From contig OX597816.1 in assembly GCA_951406725.2 (NCBI GenBank), forward strand, positions 76,880,001 to 76,944,000: a stretch of DNA of 64,000 bases. The letters run 5' to 3'. The notes below the pieces were generated by a model. It saw nothing but the letters and a program-made list of their open reading frames with translations. It was not told the origin of the DNA and searched no databases. Shown in pieces: positions 10,093 to 22,137 of the stretch; positions within the stretch are counted from its first letter, which is position 1, and each line of letters opens with the position of its first letter. The stretch comes from Octopus vulgaris (Eukaryota). Made by a program: the position numbers and the translations under genes.

Positions 10093-11862
10093 AAAATAAT
10101 GAGGGAACTAAAATCCATATTATACCCATACAAAGCAGGGCTCACCGACAAAGAATATGATTATATGACCAATTTCACAAGTAAAACTAGCCAATTCTAC
10201 GGTATACCTAAGATCCACAAAAGTGAAAAAATAAGCAACGCATGCAAGATAGCTACAGACAAAATAATTAAAGTCCCTAATCGTAATGACCTCAAATTGA
10301 GACCCATAATAGCAGGTCCCGCATGCGAAACCCACCGCCTCAGTAACTTTTTAGACACCCTGTTAAAACCACTCCTCAAACATGTCAAAAGCTATATAAG
10401 GGACGACTTAGATATGCTCAATCACCTACCGAATACTATAAACAAAAACACCATACTGGTATCCTTCGATGTAGTCAACCTCTACTCCAATATCCCCCAC
10501 AACCTAGGACTAGAGGCAATCCAATTCTGGCTAGAGAATCACGCCAACGAACTACCACACCGCATCAAAAAAGAATTTGTGATAGAAGGGGTTAAATTCA
10601 TCCTGGAAAATAACTTCTTCGCCTTCAATGACAACTTCTACCGACAAAAATCGGGGACTGCGATGGGTACACGAATGGCCCCCTCCTTTGCCAACCTAGT
10701 CATAGGATACCTAGAGATCAGTCTGTATCGTAAGGTTCTAGAAAGATATGGCAGCCCTTTCTCCATCTACATAGAAAACAACTGGAAGAGATATCTAGAT
10801 GACTGTTTCATCCTTTGGCATAAAAATATAGAAAAACTCATAGAATTCCAGAAAATTTTAAACGGACTGGACGTAAACATCCAATTCACGATGGAATATA
10901 GCCAACAACAACTCCCCTTCCTCGATATCCTCATTAAGAAAGCTAATAATATAATAGAAACAGACATATACTATAAGCCTACAGACTCTAAGCAATATCT
11001 TCCATTCAATTCATGCCACCCCAGACACACCAGGATGAATATCCCCTTCAATCTAGCAAAAAGGATATGCACTATAGTCTCTAACGCAAACACCAGAGAC
11101 ACACGACTACAAGAACTAAAAGATACCCTAATCACCAGGAACTATCCACCTTCACTTATTGACAAGTGCATTCAACGTGCCCTTCAACTTAACATCAAGG
11201 AACTGAGACATCCCAAATCAAAGAAAAACTTACAACCAAAAGCCTTACCATACATCTCCACACACAACCCTCTCAATAACGAAGCCTTCGACACCATCCT
11301 CCACAACATACCCCTCCTAAAAAAAGACCACAGAATGAACACAATCCTCCAAACACACACGATCATAAAAAGCAAAAGACAGCCTAGATCCATGAAAAGT
11401 CTCCTTACACAAGCCCGAATTCACTCTTCAACACAGAAGCCGACAGTAAAAAAATGTGGAAGACCCAATTGCGGGATATGCGACTATCTAATCGAGGGTT
11501 CTGAGTTCTCCTTCAAACAGGGACAACGGTTTACAGTGAAAAGCAACTTCACATGTGCTTCGGAGAACCTAATATACTCACTAACCTGCTCCGGGTGTCA
11601 AGAGCAGTACATAGGCCAAACAAAAAATGGTTTGCGTAAACGAATGGCCCTGCACAGATCCCAGATAAAAATTCCCCAAAACAGAAAAATAGCTTTTAGC
11701 CAACACATAGATACTTGCGCCAACAAAAAAACACCAAACTTCAGAATTTTCCCCCTCTACCAATTTAGGGACGATACAACCTCGAGACAAAGAATAAGTA
11801 AAGAAAATCTCTTTATTACAAAATACAAGCCACTTCTTAACGGGTCTACGACAAACAATTAA
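9862..11862 (+). CDS. Penelope-like (Neptune-type) reverse transcriptase with Zn-finger linker and C-terminal GIY-YIG endonuclease, 5'-truncated
   Basis: Intact motifs FYGIPKIHK, LRPIIAG, SFDVVNLYSNIP, QKSGTAMG, RYLDD, LPFLD, HPRH, CX4CX2C linker, LIY-YIG with CxxC..H..H. True element sequence starts ~10044; the first ~60 aa are antisense of the other copy; first ATG at 10099. Confidence 0.92.
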   Translation: MIWALGHFANFFVDIFIGGFYFILIRLGPQFQKFYFHFHFFQCHSLPEVSLCFRFFCNSFELEDTTYYEKAQNYSQQKIMRELKSILYPYKAGLTDKEYDYMTNFTSKTSQFYGIPKIHKSEKISNACKIATDKIIKVPNRNDLKLRPIIAGPACETHRLSNFLDTLLKPLLKHVKSYIRDDLDMLNHLPNTINKNTILVSFDVVNLYSNIPHNLGLEAIQFWLENHANELPHRIKKEFVIEGVKFILENNFFAFNDNFYRQKSGTAMGTRMAPSFANLVIGYLEISLYRKVLERYGSPFSIYIENNWKRYLDDCFILWHKNIEKLIEFQKILNGLDVNIQFTMEYSQQQLPFLDILIKKANNIIETDIYYKPTDSKQYLPFNSCHPRHTRMNIPFNLAKRICTIVSNANTRDTRLQELKDTLITRNYPPSLIDKCIQRALQLNIKELRHPKSKKNLQPKALPYISTHNPLNNEAFDTILHNIPLLKKDHRMNTILQTHTIIKSKRQPRSMKSLLTQARIHSSTQKPTVKKCGRPNCGICDYLIEGSEFSFKQGQRFTVKSNFTCASENLIYSLTCSGCQEQYIGQTKNGLRKRMALHRSQIKIPQNRKIAFSQHIDTCANKKTPNFRIFPLYQFRDDTTSRQRISKENLFITKYKPLLNGSTTNN

Positions 11863-11971
11863 TATACCTCAACTTTAGAATAAAAGAAAAAAATATATAT
11901 ACACACACAAATACTACACTCCATAGAATCCATTACTAATCAGCCCCTTCATAGCTATATTTACACCCATT

Positions 11972-12215
11972 CATATTCTCCCTTCTCTGTTTTTTTTCTT
12001 CTTCTTCTTCTTCATCATCATCGTTATCATCATCATCGGCGTCATCATCATCGCCACCATCATCACCACCATCTTCTCCTTCTCCTCCTTCTTCTTCTTC
12101 TTCTTCTTCATCATCATCGTTATCATCATCATCGTCGTCATAATCATCACCACCATCACCATCATCTTCTCCTTCTCCTTCTCCTTCTTCTTCTTCTTCT
12201 TCTCCACCCCCTACC
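11972..12215. repeat. (TCT/TCA)n low-complexity tract in the Penelope 3' UTR (mirror at 8040-8280)
   Basis: Trinucleotide runs with a duplicated ~90-100 bp unit. Confidence 0.85.
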
Positions 12216-12550
12216 CCTTAAGTTTGTCACTAATGTTTTTTAGTATAACACCTACGCTAATTCTATAAACAAGCCTGTCGATATAAATATTCTCCTGAAT
12301 TGAACTGAGACTGCCAGCCGCCACTGACCATTCAAAATACGACCATCAGGGCACTCCCAGATTCTCCCACCCCCTTTCCTCACCAGCCTTCCCTCTACTA
12401 CCCTACCAAGAACTCACAACTACCTCGAACACACAAGTGCAAACAAGGGAGTCAGAGAAAGGCAGAATGCCACTTAAATCTGAACACTACTATAGAAATA
12501 TTGTTTTAAAAAAACTTTTCTTCTAATTTTTCTAAATTGAATTATTTAAT

Positions 12551-12598
12551 CGTTACAGTTGAAAAGGTCTCAAAATGACCGAAACCGGTACTGAAATG
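12551..12598 (+). ncRNA. Minimal type I hammerhead ribozyme (U3:A8 variant) in the Penelope pseudo-LTR
   Basis: CGTTACAG-TTGAAAA-GGTC(TCAAAAT)GACC-GAAACCGGTA-CTGAAATG: stem I 7 of 8 pairs, 4-bp stem II, palindromic ACCGGT stem III, GUA cleavage triplet. Confidence 0.8.
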
Positions 12599-12758
12599 TT
12601 CACTATAAAATTATTTTAGCATTTTCTATTTTTTACTTGTTTTTTCATATATATATATATATATATATATAAGTATATATATATATATATATGTATAAAC
12701 GTATATATGCATATATATATATATATACATATATATACATATATATACCTATATATAC

Positions 12759-12828
<70 letters not shown>

Positions 12829-13233
12829 ATATATGCGTATATATACACACTCACACACACAGACTTATGTATTTTTCCAAAAGAAGTAATGTATCTTAGC
12901 GACAGATGTGTAGATACTGATAAAGGTCTCTTGAATATTACAATACAATCATTAAAAAATGTAACCATGTAATAGAAATAAGATTTATTCTAGAATTTCA
13001 GTATTGTTATTCAATCATTACTTTGTTCAACCATTATTCTCTATATCATTTTAAAAACAATAAATAAAGCAATAATAATATTAATCGTTATTTCTTTTAT
13101 TCGCCTCAAGGGTGGAAAATAGGAGGAATTACAAGGACAAATTATAAAATCCATAGGGGCTTCAACAGAAATCGATTATGAAAAATTAAAAAAAGAAAAA
13201 AAAACAAGCATACAAAACAACAACCATTACTGC

Positions 13234-13311
<78 letters not shown>

Positions 13312-13393
13312 GATAAAGATAAAGATAATAATAATAATAATAATAATAATAAAGACAAAGATAATAATAATAATAATAAAGATAAAGATAAAG

Positions 13394-13446
<53 letters not shown>

Positions 13447-13459
13447 GATAAAGATAAAG

Positions 13460-13494
<35 letters not shown>

Positions 13495-13534
13495 GACAAA
13501 GATAATAATAATAATAATAAAGATAAAGATAAAG

Positions 13535-13628
<94 letters not shown>
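13234..13628. repeat. (TAA)n microsatellite interrupted by AAAGAT/AAAGAC units, with a higher-order duplication
   Basis: Directly visible; source of the poly-L ORF. Confidence 0.9.
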
Positions 13629-14381
13629 GAATATTCGAATCAAACTGTTCTGTTTAATAAAAGCAACCATTCAATGGAGAGAAATGAATTTCGCTCCTAG
13701 ATGTCCAGCAATTGACGATGTTATTATATCTATTCACGACTGAAATAGTACGCTTATGTATAAGAGAGACAGTATGATTAGAAATACCAACAAAATATGT
13801 CTGGTGTCATTTTCGGATCGTGGATTCTATTGGGGTTTTTTTTGTTTTTTTTTTTTGTTTTGCTTTGTTTTGTTTTTTATCTTTTTGTCCTATCATTCTC
13901 TTTTGCTTGTTTGTTTTTATTTTTGTTTGTTTTTTTTTCTCTCTCTCTCTGAAAAACTACACCAGAAAACTTCCTGATTTATTTACTTACATCATTACTT
14001 ACTGTCATTACTGTTGAAGATGATGATGTTGATCATCCACATGATAATCATGATGATGATGTTCTTAGTGTTGGTGTTTTTGTTAATGGTAGTATTTGGA
14101 GATTTCTTTCTTTTATCTATTGCAAAGTAAAAGTAATAAAAATGTAATTATTTCTTTAAGATTATTCGCTAAATCGAGGGTTTTATATGAAAAGCGAAAT
14201 ATATTATAGAAGAGAAGATTAAATAGTATTCTATAATAGAAGGCTATTTCTGCAATAATGATGAAAACTAATAGATACAGTTTCCACTTCTTTCTTTTTT
14301 CGTTCTCAATTCAGAAATTACATTTCTATAAAACGATTGGTGTAAATAATCAAGTATATGTCTGTAATATATATCTAAAGG

Positions 14382-14423
14382 GAATAATAATAATAATAAT
14401 AATAATAAATAAGATAGAGAAAA

Positions 14424-14487
<64 letters not shown>

Positions 14488-14488
14488 A

Positions 14489-14548
<60 letters not shown>

Positions 14549-14595
14549 GAAGAAGAAGAAGAAGAAGAAGAAGAAGAAGAAGAAGAAGAAGAGGA
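14382..14595. repeat. Compound (AAT)n/(GTA)n/(GAA)n microsatellite
   Basis: Directly visible. Confidence 0.95.
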
Positions 14596-14869
14596 ATTCA
14601 GATATTCGCATCTACTAATATGATGGAAACTACAATGAACACACACATATACACACGCACAAGCTATCCTGCAGGCTCAGTGCATATCATTACGTGTATT
14701 TAAAAAACAGGACTCTACTCTATAAGAAAACATGAGGAAAAGTGAGAAGAAAAATGCAATGGGGTTGATTGAAAAAGTGGACTGAGAAGAAAGTGAAGAA
14801 AAGTAAGAGAAACAAGATCTTAATTTTCTTTGTAAAAATCATATTAATATCAGATTAATATAACAGAAA

Positions 14870-15200
14870 GGATGTCAGTCCGGAGTGAGCGTTGTCCTCC
14901 AGTCCAACAAAAGAAACTTCTCCATGTGCTTCCACTTGCTAAACATTTCAGATCTGAAATTAAGTAGTTATGCATAACTTGCATCTCTTTGATCCATTTA
15001 TGTATGGCGTAGCTTTCTTCACCTATCTCCACTTGACTGTACAGGCAAAGAGGACGAAAATCTTGGTTTTCTTACTTTTCCTTATATTCTTCTCATTCCA
15101 CTTTTTGCATCAACCTCCTTCACAATTTTTGTACTCGTTTTTTCTCATGTCTTCTCATGGCTTCTTATGAAAGTTATTCAAGATTACAATTGTAAATAAA
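14870..15200 (-). pseudogene. Possible decayed Penelope-like endonuclease C-terminus
   Basis: Minus frame LLNFRSEMFSKWKHMEKFLL resembles the LLNKRSE..SKCRH..KFLL terminus I recall for some PLE ORFs. Confidence 0.35.
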
Positions 15201-15606
15201 CGGTCAAGTATATGCATATATTATACACATGGGTATGTATAATATATATATATATGAGAATGAGCGCTCAATTCCGCATTGGTGAATAAAGATTCTCTAT
15301 TTGTGAATTAAGGCTACTGTTGGTTTCATGCTAAGGGAGCCCATATACACAATATCATACCTAGATATAATTCATACCAGAGGCATACAGGGTGCATCCA
15401 TAATGAACGACATGTTAGAGCAGATGTACAAGAAAATTTCAGCCTATTTTAACTTTCAAGGTCTAGATATATAGCCCGGAAATATAATAGTATATATTTA
15501 CCAAAGGTTCTAAGTGAGATCGAACCAGAGATCACATGGTTGCGAAGCTTACTACATATCTTTACCTGTGGCATACGAGGGCATATATATATATATATAT
15601 ATATAA

Positions 15607-15637
<31 letters not shown>

Positions 15638-15645
15638 AAGAGAGA

Positions 15646-15721
<76 letters not shown>

Positions 15722-18343
15722 AGAAATAGAAAAGGAGAAAATAGCCCTGCCATGGAAGAAGTTGAAAACTTCTGGAAAAATATCTGGAGTGATGAAAATA
15801 CAATGAAATTGCAGACTGGATTAGACGCACAGAAGGATCCTACCAGAATTTACCAAAGACATGGGAATGCATCACAGTAGCAGACCTAAGGATGAAACGC
15901 ACGAAGGCTCATAAGAGGAAATGTCCTAGTAATGATGGGTGCCAAATTTTGAGCTTGCCTCGCTCCCGTGCGCACACGAAAAGTTAGTCCAATTATTCAA
16001 TGAAATTATGAGAGATCCTACGGAAACACCTGATTGGTTAGCCAGAAGAATAATGAAACCAAATTTCCCCAAAACTATCGACCCATAACATATCTATCTA
16101 CCATGTATAAAATTTTAACATCCATCCTCGAGGAGAAAACATGCAAATTTATAGAACGATATTTTCACAACTTAACAAAAAAGATGGCGACGAGGCTCAT
16201 ATGGATGCAAAGACCAACTCTTAATCAATCGCATGATCCTTGAGAACTGTCATAACAAACGCAGAAATTTCAATTCTGCATGGAATCATTATGAAAAGGC
16301 TTTCGACAGCATACCACATTCATGAATCTTGAAATCGCTGGATATCTTCAAACTTTATCCTGTAATTTCAAATTTCCTGAAGCACATGCCAATGTGGAAT
16401 ATGAATCTCCAATTATACCATTCTAATGGAGAATTGACCACAAAAATTATCAATATCAACTGCAACATTTTCCAAGGTGACATACTTTCAACTTTAATTT
16501 TCTGCATAGTCCTAATACCCCTTACAAGTGTGCTTAACAGAACAGGGTATGGATATAAAATTGGCAGCAAGGAATTAAGTCATCTATTTTATATGGATGA
16601 CTTAAAACTCTATAGCAAAGACGATAATGAGTTTGAAGGGCTACAACGTATTGTGAAAGCATTCAGTGATGAAATCGGGGTCGAATTTAGTCTTGATAAA
16701 TGTGCTAAGGCCACTTTCCAGAAAGGGAAACCGATGACCTCATTTTCAATGGTATTGGATGTTGACACAGTCATAAAAGAACTCGAGCAGGAACAAACTT
16801 ACAAATACCTCGGAATAAATTAAGGCTCTGGCATTCAGCATGCACGTATGAAAGAGATCAGGAAGGAGTGTTACAGGAGAGTTCCAGCAGTCATAAAATC
16901 CAAGTTAAATGCACGTAACAAGGTGTTAACTATAAATTCTTTCGCAGTTCCGGTTGTTATTTACAGCTTCAATGTGTTGAACTGGAATATGAGCAAAATA
17001 AGGAAGATTGGCAGGAAAATCCGTAAGCTGCTGACTTGTAATAACACGCACCACCCAAAGGTAGACGCATATAGCCTTTACCCATCCAGAGCTCAAGGAG
17101 GTCGAAGCTTGATCCAATTTGATCTCTCCTACAAAACCACCGCAATTGGACTGGTAAAATATCTTGAAACATCTAACAGCTGGATGCTCGTTGAGAACCA
17201 TGAAAAACGTAAGAAGCTTCATTCTGTTATGAAGGAGAGGAAAAAGGCTAAAGTGAGATTATGCACAATATCCCGGTTGAACAGCATGATGGAAGTACAG
17301 CAACTGCAGTTGCAAAGGTGAAATTAATAGCAAAGCAAAATGCATTTGAACAATCTGCTGATAGGTGGGAACAAAAACCTCTGCATGGCAAATATGTGGC
17401 CTGTCTAACAAGCTGATGTAGACCAAAAGCACAGCCATCAGTGGCTGCGGAGCTCAGGGCTAAAGGTAGAGAGTGAAGGCTTTATCTTGGCTGCCCAAGC
17501 TCAGACATTATTAATTCGGAACTATCAAGCCAATGTGATGAAAAATGGTGTAGATCCAAAGTGCCGATACTTCAACGATGGGAAAGAAATAGTAGACCAC
17601 CTAATCATTGGATGTAAGCTCTTGGCACCTGTAGAGTACAAATCATGACGTGACAGAGCTGGCCAATATCTGCATTGGATAACGTGTCGACATTATGAAA
17701 TCAAGTTTGCTGACAAACGGTACAAACACTACCCTGAGGGAGAAAATGTAACTACTCTTTGGGACTTCCCAGTATGTACAGACCAGCCCATCAAAACAAA
17801 TAATCCAGATATTGTTGTGAAAGACTGAAAAAATAAAGTCTGTTTATTGATTGACATGAGCATACCCTGTGACCATAATATGTCGGCAAAAGAATTTGAT
17901 AAGCTCATAAAATATAAAGATTTGCTAATCGAAATCGAAAAGATGTGGCATCTCAGGACGGTTACAATACCAGTGATTGTAGGAAAACTTAGAATGATCA
18001 AAGAAAGAACTGAAAATTATTTAAGAATGATCTCTGGCTTACCATCCATGCTGTAAGAGCAAAAGATTGTCTTAACTGGTACGTCACGAGTACTGAGAAG
18101 AGCATTTTCGCTGTGAATTTTCTTTCCTTTTTCCCCGCTTTATTTTATTTGTTTACTTTTTTTATATTTTCCTTTTTCTCTCTGTCTTCCCCTATTTCTC
18201 TATCACATGACTTTGTAAATGAGCAATCTGGTGTATTTATTTTAATGACCTACCAATGTATACAGAACGTTTCTCTGCCCTAGTTGCCAGGAAGACGCTC
18301 GGCAAGAAGATGCTAAGAAAGAAGATGCTAATGAAACTAATGA

Positions 18344-18344
<1 letters not shown>
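15722..18344 (+). mobile_element. 5'-truncated, decayed R4/Dong-clade non-LTR retrotransposon (RT + CCHC + REL endonuclease) in (TAA)n
   Basis: NYRPITYLSTMYK, IFQGD, HLFYMDDLKLY, YKYLG, HHPK..GGR, PDIVV and IDMSIP motifs across frameshifted ORFs; (AAT/AAC)n upstream and (TAA)n tail. Confidence 0.88.
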
Positions 18345-18412
<68 letters not shown>

Positions 18413-18415
<3 letters not shown>

Positions 18416-18692
18416 TTCTAAATTTTTTTAGGTGTTCGTTTGTATGTCCGTTCAGAGAAAACTGTGGTGTTTTTTTTACAATAAAAATATTTACATTTTC
18501 GAATATTCAAGGAAAAATGAACCGAAAGAAAAGGAAGGGAATTTTATTTTTCACAGAAAATTGTAGGTATGAATTTTTAAAATTTACTGGAGATGCCCTT
18601 TTGTCTGTCCGAACAGAGAAAACAATAGTGGTCTTGGAATAAAGTTTTCTCTGAACAGACATTCAAACGAACACCTCAAAAAATTTAGAAAT
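18413..18692. repeat. ~50-bp inverted repeat element; internal sequence recurs near 43541-43650
   Basis: AATTTCTAAATTTTTTTAGGTGTTCGTTTG...CAGAGAAAACT is mirrored at 18643-18692. Confidence 0.6.
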
Positions 18693-19362
18693 TTTAATAT
18701 CTCCAATTTTGTGAACAGAATATGTAAACATGCCTTTTATTGTAACAACACAATTAAATGCACGATAAAAAAATTAAGGAAGTAAGCACCTGCCAATATA
18801 TACATACTGCACTTCAGCAAAAACTGTAAACCACAGCAAAACTTTTAAAAAGAAAAGAAAAAATCCAAACGAAATTCAGAAATTCAAAAGGCCAACAAAG
18901 TGAACATCTCTTCCTCCTACTATTCCCAAAGACTGGAATATCTACAATTTCCTGAGAATATTTTAATTCTACGTCAAAATAAAATAAGGAAACTTACATA
19001 CCAACAGCTTTCGAACACACAAGCGATCAGCTTTAAAAAAAGAAATCTAATATTTACAACTACTCTATCCTTTCCTTTCTCCCTGAGTATTCGAAAATGT
19101 AAACATCCTTTTCATTGCAAAAGTACTACTGTATTCTCCAACTGGGCAGAAAAACGAACATCTCAATAAAACTTTAAAAATGTAATATATTACCCAAATT
19201 CGTAAACATATCCTTTATAGCAACAACACAATTGAATTCAGAAATTCAAAAATTCAACGACGTGAATATCAGTATATATGTGTGTATGTATATATATATG
19301 TATATATATATGTATATATATATATATATATATGTGTGTGTATGTATATATATATGTATATA

Positions 19363-19417
<55 letters not shown>

Positions 19418-19560
19418 GTATATATATATATGTATGTATATATATGTGTGTGTGTGTATGTGTGTGTGTGTGTGTGTTGATTTTCTACTAGTAATTACAA
19501 ATAGAACAGGTTGAATTGCTTCTTTTTAAGGCACCGCTCTCAGTGGCCACTGGTAGTAAT

Positions 19561-19770
19561 AAACACATTATATGATCAAGCTAGAGTAATAAGAATAAAT
19601 TGTTGATTCGCTGAAGTAGAGCTAGAAGCTATCAAACGACGGGTCATGGAAAATAGCAGCAGAGATAACAATGAAAATACGGTTCTTACTAATAAGAGTA
19701 ATCTCATAGGACAGGAAATGAGCAGTGGTAATTTACTTGATGAGAGACATATAGATGATCTAAAAGAAGA
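19561..19770 (+). pseudogene. R4/Dong N-terminal fragment
   Basis: Translates DQARVIRINC*FAEVELEAIKRR, resembling the DQAR.I..N..L...ELE.I motif I recall for R4/Dong ORFs. Confidence 0.5.
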
Positions 19771-19776
19771 CAATAT

Positions 19777-20295
19777 TTACGAAGTTATTTAACGTTAAAG
19801 TTCTCGTATTTCGGTAATTTCAACCAATCAATGGCGTGTATTGAGCTGAATAAAATTACTGCCGTTGTTTGTCAACAACAACTATCGGCAGTGTATTTTT
19901 CGTTTGTCACTGTTATTTATGACACCGTTCGTGCGTTTGTACTTGTTTTAAGGTTTTAGGGTTAGGGTTAGGGTTGGGGTTTTAGAGTTACGGTGAGGGT
20001 TTTAGGGTTAGAGTTGTCATAACTAACAGTGACAAACGAAATATACAACGCCGAAAGTTCTTGTTGACAAACAACAGCAGTAGTTTTATTCAGCTGCATG
20101 CACGTCATTGATTGGTTGAAATTACTGTAATACGAGAACTTTAACGTGAAATAACTTCGTAATTATATGATTTTCTCAAAAATGCTAAGAGTAAAAGATG
20201 TTTTATATGACACATTATAACAGTGTCCGAAGTTTGAAAGTGTTTAGCTACAAAAAATTAGTTTTTAAATCTGGCGGTCAAAAGGTAAAGATCCA
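19777..20295. mobile_element. Foldback/MITE-like element with ~150-bp inverted arms around TTAGGG-like repeats
   Basis: 19777-19924 is inverted to 20015-20162; spacer contains (TTAGGG)-like repeats; right side continues to ...AAAAGGTAAAGATCC. Confidence 0.7.
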
Positions 20296-20310
20296 ATAAT
20301 AGTGATGATG

Positions 20311-20364
<54 letters not shown>

Positions 20365-20367
<3 letters not shown>

Positions 20368-20582
20368 GTTTCAAATTTTGGCACATGGTCTGTAATTTCG
20401 GGGGAGCGGGTAAGTCAATTATGTCGACCCATAGTTCAATTGATACTTATTTTTATTGACTCCGAAACGATGAAAGGCAAAATGGACCTGGGCGAAGTTC
20501 GAAGACAGAACATAAAGACTGTCTAAATACCTCTATGCATTTTGTTCGGTGTGTTAACAATTCAGCCCGTTCGCTGCCTTAA
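20365..20582 (-). mobile_element. SINE family B (diverged)
   Basis: Reverse complement resembles GGCGGCGAGCTGGCAG...TTTGCCTTTCATC body of 51587-51818. Confidence 0.65.
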
Positions 20583-22137
20583 GTAATGGTAATAACAGCA
20601 TTGATGTTGCTATTGCTGTTGCTAAAACCAAATGTGTAGCCTAACGCCTTAATTAGAAATGATTATTCACTTTAAATTCCAATGAATGACAGAATAGCAA
20701 GAAGAAAAAGACAAAACACACCAATTATTAAATGACTTTAATAACATTCTCTAATGTGTCGTTCTTGTTTTCAAGACGACAGGGTGTTATGTACTTTACC
20801 ACGTAAAGACATCTTTGTTGGAGCGCTTAATATAATGCAAGAGCCTGGCCAAATGCTACAGAGTAGTATTACATCAATCAGTTTGATCCCGCTGCATTCT
20901 GAGTTCGAATCTCACCGAATTCAATTTTGCTTTTTATTTTCAGGAAACGATATCCTCTACTGAAAATGTAAGGCATTGTGTATGTTATTATTATCATTTA
21001 TTCTGATATTCTTGTTGCTAATAGTTCATAATGCCATGTCATAAATCCATTGCTATCATTATAAGATTGTATCTTTGACATTTAATTTAATATAATTTTC
21101 TTAATATTCAGATATTTAATAACTGTTGTCGAGCGTGTGTGCAGAGTATTGGTTTAGCAACTAAAAGGTCGATATATGTCACTGTCTGTATGCTGTTTCT
21201 ATGTTCAACAGGATTAACTCTGTCCGGTTCACTCAACTAGAATAAGAGGTACCCATCAAGGTATCATACACACTACACAAATGACGAAACACAGAAGTAC
21301 TGTTCGCATTTATAGGATAGTGTTGCAGTGACACACACAAATATCTTAGATTGCTTACAAAAGATTAAACTGATCAGCGAAAATTCCATAACCAAGAAAA
21401 TTCAATTAGAAGCTCGAACAGGAGCACACGCTTCTCCGTTTTCTACTGTTATTATAAAGACCTATGCTCTTTTAATGGTATAGCTTTTCCCACCACGCCA
21501 GCTTATCTCATCCCTCATCTATCCTCCTGCTAACCATAATGTGTCTCAATCCCTGGACCTACATCACACACTGAAAATTTCTTCCATCCACAACTGCTCA
21601 TATCCTTCAAATAATTTCATTACTGTTAGGGGCGTCTTAATAGTGCTACAGGCCCCCGAGCAAAGCAATGCAATGGGGCCTCTATATTTATTGACAGTAA
21701 GCCACAGCACACACAGACATTGAATGGGCTGCTACACGCAGGGGGATCCAGAATGATAACTCGGTGTGCCGACTCTTTAAAACGGTAGAGATAAGGGAGG
21801 ATCATGGAAACTATCCACTTTCCTTATTAAATATTTTTTTAAATGAGAAAACGAATTCTAATACTTTTGTAAGAATTAATGGGGGAAATGAAGGTTTATA
21901 TGCCTTACCTCTAAATTGGGAACATTTACGGGATTAACTTTTACACTTTATTTTTCTCTGATTTATAGGATGCAAGTTATACAAAGTTGAGTAAAGGGAC
22001 GATGCCATACCTTTAATATATAAGTTTCAATTCCCATTGAAACCAATATAATCCAAGAAAAAAGAAACTCTGGAAAATAATTGTATAATGCCTCCTCAAA
22101 TATCCTTTAGCTGCATTATAAATATGAATTCCTTCGA

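Larger units (their letters stand above)
7569..12652. mobile_element. Head-to-head inverted pair of Penelope-like (Neptune-type) retroelements in (TA)n
   Basis: Arm 7599-9806 is the reverse complement of 10184-12652 apart from a 261-bp deletion and about two small differences; both outer ends run into (TA)n. Confidence 0.95.

Noticed and set aside
10506-10766. Segment missing from the left copy as a spliced intron
   Set aside because: Boundaries are not GT-AG on either strand and it encodes a core RT motif
19954-20014. True telomere or chromosome-fusion site
   Set aside because: Only a few degenerate units in one orientation, enclosed by inverted arms
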